The notes under the pieces were generated by a model. It saw only the letters and a list, made by a program, of their open reading frames with translations. It did not search any database and had not been told where the DNA came from. Position numbers and translations under genes: made by a program. Positions 50,999 through 64,000 of a stretch of DNA of 64,000 bases are shown in pieces. Every line of letters starts with the position of its first letter. Position 1 is the stretch's first letter. Where the stretch lies: positions 5,394,001 through 5,458,000 of the forward strand of contig CM102288.1 of NCBI GenBank assembly GCA_046563655.1, read 5' to 3'. Source of the stretch: Yuukianura sp. NJ FZ-2021. Lineage: Eukaryota.

Positions 50999-52432
50999 AT
51001 GAGTGATCCCGGGTCAGAAAGCCGGAAGTTGGTGTCACGATGGTACTTTGGAGGAATTGCGTCCACGGCTGCTGCTTGCTGCACTCATCCGCTGGATCTC
51101 ATTAAAGTAAGCCAAATTACCGATTGATTGGACGAAGGACGAACTAAGGAAAGACATAGACAGACTGCTTCAAGTCTGTCTTTTATGAAATATGTGTGGT
51201 GTGAGAAATTGAATTTTCGATGTGACACTGACCTAAATTTATTTCTTAGGTTCATCTCCAGACGCAACAAGAGGGCAAACTTGGGATATTCAATCAGACC
51301 GTTTCAATCGTTCGAAAGCAAGGAGCACTGGCACTGTACAATGGTCTCACTGCTTCAATGCTGCGCCAAGTCACGTACTCTGGAACCCGCTTCGGACTCT
51401 ACGAGGTAAGCTTTTACTGTAATTTTCAATATTCGGTGCTAGAATCTTGTTCAAGACATAACCAGTCGTCAGCTTCAATAGGTACTCACAAAGCTCTGCT
51501 GATATTCTTTTTTTTACAGGTTGGGAAGCAACGTTTAACAAAACCAGGGAAAACGGACATTCCTTTCCTTGAAAAAGTTGGCCTTGCTGCCGTGTCTGGT
51601 GCTTGCGGTGGATTCGTTGGAACGCCAGGTTCGAATACTCAAATATTGAAACTCAACGGATCGAAAGAAAATAATCCAGTTTTAAAGATTAATACTCTGG
51701 TATTTATTAGGTGACATGGTCAACGTCCGAATGCAGAATGACATAAAACTGCCACTGGAGAAAAGGCGCAAGTATGTACTAATAATACAGTTTCACAATT
51801 GGACACGTCAACTTTAAACTGGAGATTTAACTTTTAACAATATTTCAGTTACAAGCATGCGCTAGACGGTGTGTTTCGGGTATACCGGGAGGAAGGCCTT
51901 TCCAAAGTGTTTTCCGGGGCTTCCACTGCCACTACCCGTGCTATATTTGTGACCGTGGGTCAACTTTCGTTCTACGACCAGGTCAAGGTCATGCTCCTTC
52001 AAACTGGAATGTTCAAGGATAACGTTATCACACATTTCCTCTCTAGTGTCACCGCCGTAAGCTAATCCATAGTTCAAAAACCTAATCCACGGTGTATCCA
52101 TTCACAACTTATCTTACTTTAGGGTGCTGTTGCCACGTTCATCACACAGCCACTTGACGTGCTAAAGACGAGGCAGATGAACGCCAAACCTGGAGAATTC
52201 AGGGTTAGTAATTACTAATTACTAATTGATACTTTAATCTTCACCGTGAGTTTTTAAGTCTTACTTTGTACTATTTCAGAGTTTGTGGCATCTGATAACT
52301 TACACGGCACAGTTGGGTCCGCAAGGCTTTTTCAAAGGATTTGTTCCAGCATTTGTGCGACTGGGGCCTCACACGGTCCTGCTGTTCCTGTTTCTGGAAC
52401 AACTGCGTCAGAACTTCGGAGTATACAAGTAG
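50999..52432 (+). CDS. SLC25A10: Mitochondrial dicarboxylate carrier (Dic1/SLC25A10), 7 exons
   Basis: SRWYFGGIASTAAACCTHPLDLIKVHLQTQQ, LYNGLTASMLRQVTYSGTRFGLYE, GTPGDMVNVRMQND, GQLSFYDQVK, TQPLDVLKTR, FFKGFVPAFVRLGPHTVL. Confidence 0.95.
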
Positions 52433-53002
52433 TTATCGATTATCAATTAGGAAGGAACCGACAACAATCATTCTCAAAATGGACGTTAACATCCCATGGA
52501 CTGGAGTTAGAAGATACGTTTCTCGCTGCTGCCACAAATACCCAAAAAGCAATACATATTCTAGGACTCCAATTCCGAAACTACGATTAGACTGACGATA
52601 CTCGATTACAGCAGAAGTGCTTATTTTTAAATTTCAATGGAGTTTTAGATCTCGTGCCTTCAATGTTGTATCTGTGAATATGATTTTTAAAACTGTCCAT
52701 ATCAATTTCGCTCTTACAAGATTATATTTTGGAAAAATCGAACAAAAAATCAGGACTAGTCGGAATGAGCTAAAGATATTAACAAGAAAACAATAAACTG
52801 ACGCTTAGGAACTCTAAGAAGAATGCTTGACACTGCCAGTATCCTTGAGAAACACAACACATCAACCTTTATTGCGAGGAAAGTTCCAAGCAAATTGCTG
52901 AGACATAAAATTATTTGGAAAATAAAAGTTAAACTGTCGTATTTCTAAGGAGGATTTCCGGAGTTTTTGGTTGTAAAAACGTAACTGGATCCTTAGCGCC
53001 AT

Positions 53003-53736
<734 letters not shown>

Positions 53737-55236
53737 TGTGATGTAATGAAAATTACAGATGACCCAAGACGATTAATCGAGGAGAGATCGAAGCAGGACC
53801 AGCAGAAGATGAAACAATCCTATTCGGCACAAGAGGCGAACCACGGCGTGTTACTCTTCTGTCGACAGTGCAGCTCGATTGAAGTAGACAATACGTGTAG
53901 TAGTTGTACTCCTAGCTTAACATTTGCGTTGTTGTACTTTACCATTAAAATTCCGTGTATACTTTTTTGAGTTTGTAATGAATTTTCATTCAACCTCTAC
54001 CACCCAATCCACCCTGCATGAAAATTCATTTATAGCGTCGGCTTTATACTAGTAAATAAATGAAATGGCACAGAGAAAAGGGGGTTGTGTTCACAAGAAA
54101 AATACTTCACAGTGTGTTGAATCATAGTCGGAGGGTACGTCCATCTACCTTTAAGTACCTTCAACCTGCAATGCAAATTCTAATCCATTGGTTGCACAAA
54201 CCAAAGGAGCATTTTGTAACCATCTTCCGTCGACGTCATCGTGTATATGACTGCCTACAGTGGGCAATAATCACGTGCATCGACCTTGCTACCTATGTGA
54301 TTCTTAATTTAATTACCCCTTATTTTTCAAGTTGTACTTGGTGATTACGAAATTGGTGATGATTATTTAAGATATCTGGTCACACAGGTGCAGTTATCTT
54401 TCATGTTACCGTTCGTTTCTCAATGCAACGAGATGTCGCCCGGTAGATGGTAGGCATGTCGCTAATAACATAGAAGAGTGGAAGTGAAGTTTAATCTCCA
54501 TTATTGTACCCATACAGTATAACCGCTGTTGTCATCTTATAATAGGTTAATACTATGTGGTAACTAGTCGTAAACTCCTCAACTAGGTTATCCTGATTAG
54601 CATCTAATTTGAAACAGCAAAATAAATTGCTAAGCAGTGTTGCCTCACAGCCATGCTGGGTAACGTTTGGCAGCCGAAGAGTAGTTTACGTCAATCCACA
54701 AGGACAAGACGTATCCTGGGTGACGTAAACGAAAGCTAATGCAATTGTAACCACACTATATACCCCTATTCCTTTCAAGTTTGCAATCCGGTTTTTTATT
54801 AGTTCAAAAGGCTTTAGATTTTTGATACCCGTTGGTAGTTTTTCAGTATAACCACATTCCGTATACACGGGATAATAATGACAAGCATGGAGTTTTACAC
54901 TGTGGCTTTTATACATGCAGGGTTGGTCTACTTTAATTCGTTTACTTACTAGGCTAATCCTTGGAATTGTCGGATTAAAAAGTACTGCACCGGGATTGAA
55001 TTGCAGGATTCAAAGATTTAGTCAGACTATCCAGCAAGCGGTATAATTTTTTGTAATTTCATTTTGCGGAGGAATAGTCAGCACGCACTCCAATATCGCT
55101 TGAGTGAAAGTGAGTTTTATGTAGTAGAGTAGAACAAAAAAGAAAGTCGGGGTTTGTTTTATCGAATTGCCGGTGATTTAAGATTACGAAATACCCAGTG
55201 TCAGTAGTGTATTTTTTTTTGGAATTTGGAAATCGG

Positions 55237-56885
55237 ATGCTTCAAGGTTTTAGGTTGTTACAAAGATTCAGTACCAAAATTCCGAGGAGAAGTCTCCTGA
55301 TGACGTCACACACACACAGTTCATGTCCCGCTGCAGTTCCCACGATTGGCACCCATAATGGTCAGTTTCACTGCGACGAAGTTCTCGCTTGTTGTATGCT
55401 CAAAAAGCTCCCACGATTTGCTAACGCTCAAATTATAAGGTAAGGAAGTAGTGTATTAATAATTAATTGAAATTAGTGGACAAAGTAAGGCTGATGGTGT
55501 TAATGCCATTTTCACCCCATTCACTCCCTCCTTCCAGTCAGTCAGTTATTCGACTTACTATTTGATAATCGATATTAATTACTAATCAAATGATCTTATC
55601 TCCATTGATGCAGGACGCGAGACGGGGATGTTCTCAAAACGTGTGACATTGTTGTGGACGTCGGGAGTGTTTACGATCCAGCTAACCAACGATTCGACCA
55701 CCATCAGAAGTACTTTACTTTTACTATTACTGATTTCACAATCAAATTCATTTGTGTCTTTCATTATTTCATTCCTAAGAAAAAAAATTGTTCTGCTGTC
55801 TTTTAGGTCCTTTGATCACTCGATGAGCACTGTTGTTCCAGGCAAACCATGGATAACAAAGTTGAGTAGCGCTGGACTAATTTACGCCCACTTTGGACGA
55901 GAGGTGCTGAAGAACTTGACTTCTGGCAGGGATGCCGATGAACTTGACGAAGAAAGTTTGGAGAAATTGTACGACAAAGTGTACGAAGATTTTATTCAGG
56001 CCATCGATGCAATTGATAATGGTAAATGTTTCGAGTTTCAACAAGATTTCAACTTTTCAATTATACGAGATTTTTGTTCATAGGGATTTGTATCAACGAA
56101 CACCCCATGGCCTACAAGGTAACGACGGACTTGAGCAGTCGTGTTGGCCATTTGAATCCAGGATGGAAGGATAAGGATGTGGATGAGCAGGAGCGGTTTT
56201 TATCGGCAATGAAGCTTGTTTCCAGTGAATTCGAGGAACGTGTTCTCTACTACGTTGATTACTGGCTGGAGGCATACAACGTCGTTCGAGATGCGATTGA
56301 GTCACGTTTTGAGGTAATCAATCATACATACATGTAAATTCACTCCTGCTAAAAGTTCAAGCTTTTAGTAAGTTTGCATTTTTATTGTACCAATTTGTTA
56401 GGTTCATCCGTCGGGTGAAATCGTGGAGTTTCCGTTAGGAGGCGTTCCTTGGAAGGATCATTTGGCCAAACTCGAAGTATCTCTCGGGATTGAAACACCA
56501 ATCCAGTATGTTATTTTTCCGGATGGCAAGGGAAAATGGCGAGTTCAGTGTGTTCCGGTGGACCCAAAATCGTTCATAAATCGGTGAGTGACTTTTTCTT
56601 GTGAATTCTTATTTCTTACTGATTCTAAACGTTCAATTTCAACTTCAAAGGCTAAGGACCTGAACCAGAAAGTGTAAGGTATTCACTGTAAGTTATTTCA
56701 ACTTGTTCTTTTTCAGAACATCGTTATATAAAGAATGGCAGGGTCTACGGGACGACGAGCTGAAGGAAATCAGTGGGATTCCGACAATCGACTTTGTTCA
56801 TGCCACGGGATTCATCGGTGGAGCCGCCGAAAGGTCATGTGTCCTTGCGATGGCCAAGGAGAGTCTTCGCCACAAGTCATCATAA
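55237..56885 (+). CDS. MYG1: MYG1 3'-5' RNA exonuclease (UPF0160), 6 exons
   Basis: [97 protein letters not shown]. Confidence 0.96.
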
Positions 56886-57613
56886 GATAAGACTGATTCC
56901 CAACTTACTATTTTCAAACTTACTTTGGCACTTCTCTTTTGTACGGCTAAATTCTTCTACAACTCTTGCAAAGTATAGGTTTTATTTGGAAAAACTTTGA
57001 GGAAATGAGCTAACTCGAATTACAGAGAATAGTAACTACTAAACATCTAACTGAATTTGTACTTTTACAACGAACAGGATTTAAGTTGTAATTGCATGGC
57101 GAAAAAGCTATAATTTACAACTATGTACTAGTTCAAAATACACCTTACATCCTCCTCAATCAGTGAATAATGCACCTATCAGTACTTTCTGCTCAATTGA
57201 ATTTTTTACTTTTTACATAGTTAACAGTTTTAAACCCCAACTCTTGCAATTGACATCCAGACAAAATATCCACCACCATTTTCAAAAAAAAAGCGAACCA
57301 TCTTAGAACCATCCTTCTATTAAAACTTTAAGCTACACATTTGAAGTATTGCTTTAAACATTCCAAGTTAGGCGAAGTTGTTTTGCCTTACTAAGCTAAT
57401 CCTCGATAAAAATATAAATTAGGTGCTAAATACTTCTTTCAACAGAAGAGGATTTCCAGTGAAACATTTTGAATGCACACGAGCGGTACATTAATATCAC
57501 TTTAAAAATTACACCCATGCTAGGGAGAACATTTGGTTTTGGTAGAAAACTACAAGGCTGAATCTTTGTACAACTCAAAAAATGCTACGGAGTTGACGCT
57601 TTCCACTCAAGTT

Positions 57614-60600
57614 TTAGATATGTGGAACCCTGTCGTGTGCAAGATGTGGAACGAGGCTGAAGGAAAACGTGTTCATATTTTCACAACATCGGGGCTGCAG
57701 AAACCAGGCGACAGCGAAGAGTCCCATCAAGGCCAAGTGAAAAGTGAGCGAGAAGCGAAGGGTACGCCAATGACGACTGGAATCTCTCTTCAGTGAGGCT
57801 TTAGATGCTGGAGATGCACTGCGTAGGCGACTGACTGAACGCGTTGTTCTGGACGGAGGTGACTTGGAAGAACGGTGGTTTCTGTACATAAAAATCAACA
57901 AACGTTTAGAGAAAGAAAAACGATTTGAAAACGAATTTTGTGTTCCTCTCGTTTTGGCTTACGATTTGCGAATGCTGACGGGTGACTTTCGTTTGGGAAA
58001 GATCAGCTTCAAATTCAACGGCGCAGTTCCAACTTTTTCAATCATTTCAAAGTCTTTCTGAGCCTCGCTGATTTTCTGCAGACAAAATGATCGTGAAAAA
58101 TATGCAATTAAAATACATAACAATTTAAAGTAATTCTTCTTTCTGTTGCTTACCGAATCAATTACATCAAGTACAGGCGATCCCACAGGTAAAAACGCTT
58201 TTAGATCCAAAGCTTTGTTGCGGAGGGCAACCAGTTTCTGCCTCTTCTCATCAATGTCTGAATCTGAAAAGGAGAAGTCTGTCCCATGTCCAGAGTCAGT
58301 TGAAGCTCCACTGCTCAGAGACTTCTTTCCCTTCAAGTGAACTCCAGGAGTTACCGCTAAGCTCTTCTCAAAAGCATCCCTCTCTTGCTCAAAGTTTGTC
58401 CAAGCTTCTTCCAGGAATTTCATTTTGTCCAACAAATACGATCCCCTGAATCAACAAAGCACAAATTAAGGATTGCTGCAGGAATACAAAGATTCAGAAT
58501 TGAGATTTTGGAACTTACAACTGAAAGTTTTCTTCATAGAGGGCGTACAAATTCCTAAGCTGCTTTCGCACATCGACGCTGGCCTCTTTGAGATAAATCT
58601 GCGTGCCAACAGAATCCTCGTTGACAGACTGCAGTTTCCTTCTTTTCGAGGTCAATTCGTTCAGAAGTGACTGGATTCTGTCAATCTTGATCTTGAGAGA
58701 GCTGAGGTCCTTGGAGTCATAGGGATCAACAAGGCTCAAGTCGCGCTGAATCGACTCAAAGTTCACTCGCAGGTACTTGAGGTCATCGTACATTTGTTTC
58801 AGTTTGGCTGCATTTGTTATTCTGCCTCTCAGCAAGTCCCAGCTATTCAGAACGTCTGAAAAAGCAATTCAGTTTCATGTCACATTTGTAATTTTAGTTT
58901 CCTGTTACAAAGGCAATGTCAACTGCACATAAAAATGTAAAATGCATGACGCTTACCTTGGATGCTTTTGATGTCAATGTCGAACGGAAGGGCGTCTGGT
59001 TTCTCAACGTTGCACAAAATGAGCTTGAGGGAATTCATGTTCTCTTCACATGTGGCTTCCATTTCAGCCTAAACAAAATGAAAAACAGAACATCCTGAAC
59101 CTGCTTCGTGCAAATGATTGAACACAACAAAAATAAACGTAAACTGAAATTAGCCTTCTCTTACGTATTCGGACGGAGAGTCAGGGACGTGGAAGGACGA
59201 ACTTTCAATTTGTTTCCTGAAAACACTGTCGATGAATCGGAGTTGGGCAATAGACTGGACCAAGAAATGGTTGAACTCCTCTCGATCAGAATCCGTTTCC
59301 GCCATTTCGTTACGCGTGGAAAACTGAAAACCAAAACCAACATTTCAATGAATGTCATCATCATCACTACAGAGTCAAGTTAACGCAGAATTTACCGGCA
59401 ACGATCTTCTTTTCCGTGGATTGGATTCCGGAAACTGACACCCGCTCAGAAGTGAAGACGACTCTGACTCTGCGCGGTCAAGTACTTGGTCATAGTCCTC
59501 TCCGAAGGCAAGCAGCTTCAAAGTTCTGTCAGCGTCGAACGGCTCTTCACTGTAGGGTTCACTCAAGTACTTCTCCTGAAACCGAAAGAAAACGGAATGT
59601 TAGGTTAAACAAAATTAACAACCTACACAAAAGTAACTTATGGCATGGCGTTCTCCACTCAAACAAAGTACGAAACAAATTGATTGCTTTCATCAGCCGA
59701 CACGCAAAGCAGCGATTAGAGTTATTGCCTTATATTTAGCGGAGTTCAGTAAACTCAAGAACAAATAGAAGTAGAAGTGTGGCTTGTTAACACTCTTAAT
59801 TTAAGAGCAGATATAAATCAAAGAAAAAATATTTCCAAACCATTGGCTCAAATGAAAAAGATCAAAACCAATCGGTTCAAAACTAAACTGCTTCATTTAG
59901 AAACACAGCCCTGACAGACCGTTGGCGACGGTACTTGAACAAAACTTTCGCAATTTTCAAGTTGTTCTCCTCGTCCTAAGATTTTGCTTTCATTTGTTCC
60001 TCTGACGAGGTCCCGGGAAAACTAAAATTAATATTCGCATTCGCAAGCAATGTTATTCACGTGATCGTAAGTTAAACGGACCTGGTAGCTGTCCCAGTCC
60101 TGGTCGTTGGTTGGCAGGTCTGTGACTAACGAGCCGTTGTCAGCCGGGTCCAACTTGAAGTTGGGTCTGAGCGTAGGAGTAGAAGGCAGTGCACTCTCTA
60201 TGTCATCAAGCTGATGTTCCATTTCCGCAAACCCATTGGCTGTAACAAAAATAAGGAAACGTCACCTTATCAAAACACAACGTTCAACTTATCAATCATG
60301 TTCTGGTTAATTAAATTAGTATCTCACCCAGAACCGAATTGGAAGTAAATTGGTCCAACTCATCTTCCTCCAAGTCAACATCCAGACTCTCCCGTTTCTT
60401 CTGCTTAGAGAGTCGCTTTCTGAACTTTCCTTTTCGTCTGTCCCTCAACGTCGAAGCATCGATCGCTGCAAATGGATCTTCCGGCGGTGACTCTGGCTCA
60501 CTTTCACTGTTACTGTTCGTCTCGAGAGCGTTTAGAGCCGAGTCTGACGCAAACACTGGCACCTTCTGAGTAAAGTCATGAATCGGACTCAGGGCATTTC

Positions 60601-63600
60601 CGAACCGAAATCGCTCGAGTCCAAGTCCACCGCTGACAAAGTTCACAGCTGAGTTATCAGTGAAGCTTTTTGGTCGTTGCTTCTCTCCTTCCGCCTTTTT
60701 TGACCTGAACACAACCGAATCGTTTTGGAATCGATTTGGATGATCAGCTGATCTCAAGCTGGTAAAAGAGGAGCCTCTCTTTGGACTGCTGGATGCTGCA
60801 ATTCCACGGGAAGTACTTTGTGACTGCTGGGTTTGTTGTAAGAGAAGAGTAGTAGAGGCAGTAAGAATTGTCGGATCGTCAGAAGAGAGTTGTGGCTCGT
60901 CGTTTGAACCGTCAGAAACGTCCGACTCACTTTCAGAAGCAGATTCGCCACTCGCGTCACAGCTTGAAGTACTCTGAAAATATAACACAAAAAGAACAAT
61001 TAAATCCACTTTCTACAACATTTTAGAAACGAGCCTACCCTAACTTCTGTCACGGTCCGATAACCTAAGATCTTATCACCAAAAATTCTGCTTATTGCTA
61101 AACTGAGTATAATTTTTGCAAAACTTAGCGTACACTGAGCAAAAGCAAGAACAACGGGAGTCGAGCCGTGCAGCAACAAAAAATGAAATAAAAGTCAGCA
61201 GTTTCCTGTTTGTTTCCCGAACCAGAAACAAGTAAAAGTTTTTTCTCGCGAATCGTTCGCGAATTTTTTTCCCCGTAAATTGCAAAAGTGCAAAATCGAA
61301 AACTCAAATTACTTCTGTTCTCCCTATACTCTCCGCTGCACTGTACACAACACAACCTGAATGCTGTTGTAGGGGAACTGCGCACTGGCTACCGAAGAAT
61401 AACTTTTGCATGTTTGGCAAAAAAAAGTTACTCCCCGTACCAGGGTTCGCCCACATTCTACTAAATGGATAATAAAAAAAAAACAAAAGACCAGTCTGAC
61501 AAACACTTCCCACACACAGAAGTACTAAAAAGTCCAAATTTTAGTACGAATGCCAATTGTCATTAGGGGAGCATTCAAAAGATCCATCAAAATCAGTGAT
61601 AAACATCTCGACTTCTGCTTTACCTTCACTGGAAGTCATTCAGCAGAAGTCGAGATGCCATTCATTTTCTGCTCTCTAATTTCTTTTACGACACCCCAAC
61701 GCTAACGAAGCTGAAACTCGAACTTTGCTCTCCCAACCGCAAAGCAAAAAGCATCTGCAAACACTTTAGATCTCAAGCGACTTTTCGTCAAAGTCTTTAG
61801 TCTTTGTCTGTAATGAAACTTAACTTTGCCAAAAACACGGTCCAAACTGAGCCGTAAAACGACTAACCTTGACTCACATTTTTACACATACTTCATCCAA
61901 GGTTCTAACTTTAGAAAACTTTGAAGTAATTCATTCATTGTGTCACAATTTCACTTTGATTGCGTCTAGCTTCATAAAAAAAGAATTTATGACGATGAAC
62001 AAAGCAAAGCCACACAACTAAAATGATTCCCTCTGAAGTTTTCAAAAAAAAGGAGCGAATTTAGCTCATAAACTCGAATTTCAAGTACTAATTCTTGTGG
62101 AAATGCAATTTTTTTCCCAAACTTCATGTAATGTAGAGTGGAAATTCTATTTGTCAACAAATTGCAAGTGATTTTTGAAAAATTAATAGGAATTCCCAAA
62201 AACCGGATGGGTTTTTCAAAAACTATTACTTGGAATCTTCAAAGAATTAGTTAGAGTCAGATTCATTAGAAGTTTCAAGAAGTTGTCTCTCCAACTTTGA
62301 AACTTTGTGGAACTTCACGAGTCTTTCTTGTCAATTTCTAGAACTGGATTCAAACTTTCTTCAAGTTGTTTAACCCTACGTGTTTAGCTCATGCTTAGGT
62401 TATTAAATTTTAAAATTCAGGTTATGCCATCTAGTAACTTCATTTTTATCCAAATGAAAATCAATTTCTTACTTTCTGCTCTTTGAGAATAGAAGTGTTG
62501 TGAGCCCTGACCCACTGCCGAACACGAGAATGTCTTTTGGGGACTTTCGGTGCTGGATTCGGCGTTACGGTTGAAGTCGAAGCACAAAGACAAAATCCTC
62601 CTACAGCCCCTACTTCCTCCGGATTCAGTTGACACGGACACTTCTTGTTCTGCCCCTCAGCGTTCTCCTTATCATTTGACTTTGGATACTTCTGCAGCAG
62701 TGGTGAACTGTGATCTTTGAACTGTGAAAACAAACTTCTGTCAAGTTCCGACAAACCCCAGGAGTCCAGATCCAGGCGAAACGTCCCTCCTGTTGCTGCT
62801 CTTTGTCGCTTCCGGCCTACTTTGACCAAGTACTCGGCCTTCTCCACCAATTCCTCAATTTCATTGAGATTCTTGAGCGCCTCTTCCTCTTGATCCATCT
62901 CTTCAAGTTCTTTGCTAAAGTCAAACACCAAATCGGAACTGAGACTTGATCCAAATTCAAACTCTCCGATGGGATTCATGTTGAGGTCTTGTTGGCATCC
63001 ATCCACATTCCTCTGGCACTCTGACTTCCTGGCAAACAAGAATCCATCCTCACGTGGGGCACAAACTGACGAAGTCTTCAGTGTCCCACTTTCCCAACTT
63101 CTCACATTCCCGTTTTTGCAACAACTAAGCTCCTCTCCAGCATTGTGTTGATTCCTCTGCTCATGCAACTGACTCCCTTCGGCCTCCGTGTCACTATGCT
63201 TGAAATAGTAAGTGGAGATGTTCATCTGCATGGAAGGAACCACTTGTGGAGAGGACAGTAATTCGGTAATGCCTGGAGACACTTTCCGTTTCACTCCCAC
63301 ACTGTCACCACTGCTACTCACTCCATCAAACGACAGCTCTATGACGGAACAGTTTGTTACTCCAGATCCCTGTAAAACCACAATACATGATTTATTATGT
63401 GGATCAAATGATAGGGAATCACAATCTCACAAATCACAAAGCTAAGCTTCCGCCCATTCCTCGCACTCCGTATTCTGTAAATAGCTAACAGTTGAATCGC
63501 AATCATAAAAATAATTCATATTGTGCAACAATTTGTGCAATTTTTATCACAAAAGATAAAAATTGCTCCGCACCAACACGATATTTCACAGTCTCTTAAA

Positions 63601-63969
63601 ATTTCCATTTCAAGCCATCATAAACAAAAATCTTACAAAAAAAATTACACGCTAACCATAGAAAATGAACTTTCGAAATTTTGAAAATCTCACCGACTCA
63701 TAGACACTTCCAACTTCGTGGCTCTGGCCCATAACCTGCTCGTCGTTCGCATAAACCAACTGGCGGCTTCCAGACTTCGGCGTTTTGCACTCCGAAAGTG
63801 ACGAATTCTGCAACTTATTCGCACCGTTAGTTGCTGCGATTTCGGATTCTTCTGCGAAATCAGATTCAACAAGCGACGAAAAACTTCCGAGTCTCGCGTA
63901 CTTGCTCAGCGGTTCGTTCGTGTCGTCGTCACTGAGCACTCCGTTCGAATCCACCAGCCCTGCTCTCCC
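57614..63969 (-). CDS. klar: Klarsicht-like outer-nuclear-membrane KASH protein, 3' portion (5' end lies beyond the window)
   Basis: In-frame exons from 63969 downward. Klarsicht-type motifs STSSCDASGE and DWDSYQ|EKYLSEPYSE...LLAFGEDY; coiled-coil/spectrin-like region; terminal TM helix plus luminal peptide QPRCCENMNTFSFSLVPHL. Confidence 0.8.
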
Positions 63970-64000
63970 CTACAACACAACAAAACACAGACTATTAAAC

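Noticed and set aside
61624..61639. Alternative coding first exon of klarsicht (ATG ACT TCC AGT GAA G|gtaaag)
   Set aside because: The phase-1 donor is incompatible with the phase-0 acceptor at 60973; kept only as part of the hairpin finding.

Overview
Eukaryotic, AT-rich, gene-dense genomic DNA with many short (about 55-130 bp) spliceosomal introns. It is most likely a small-genome arthropod or other protostome, judging from a klarsicht-type KASH gene and ZAD-like zinc-finger genes; the species cannot be determined from the sequence. Gene order: astacin metalloprotease (+), an ~8 kb gene-poor stretch rich in MITEs, OSCP1 (+), VPS13A/C-type lipid transfer gene (+, ~15.4 kb), two tandemly duplicated ZAD-like/11xC2H2 zinc-finger genes (-), a GPI-anchored otoancorin/stereocilin/mesothelin-like gene (-), an intronless EF-hand gene (-), NAA60 (+), SLC25A10 (+), RPL38 (-), MYG1 (+), and the 3' part of a klarsicht-like KASH gene (-). 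About a dozen non-autonomous DNA transposons are present (hAT-, PIF/Harbinger-, Mutator-, Tc1/mariner- and Helentron/DINE-1-like), several with readable target-site duplications; no transposase was found. I found no clearly novel multi-gene system. The best leads are a KASH peptide lacking PPPX, an invertebrate otoancorin-like proprotein with two furin sites, a zinc-finger pair diverging in recognition helices, a MITE inserted between a TATA box and an initiator, and a pre-miRNA-like intronic hairpin. Exon boundaries were read by eye and need RNA-seq confirmation.
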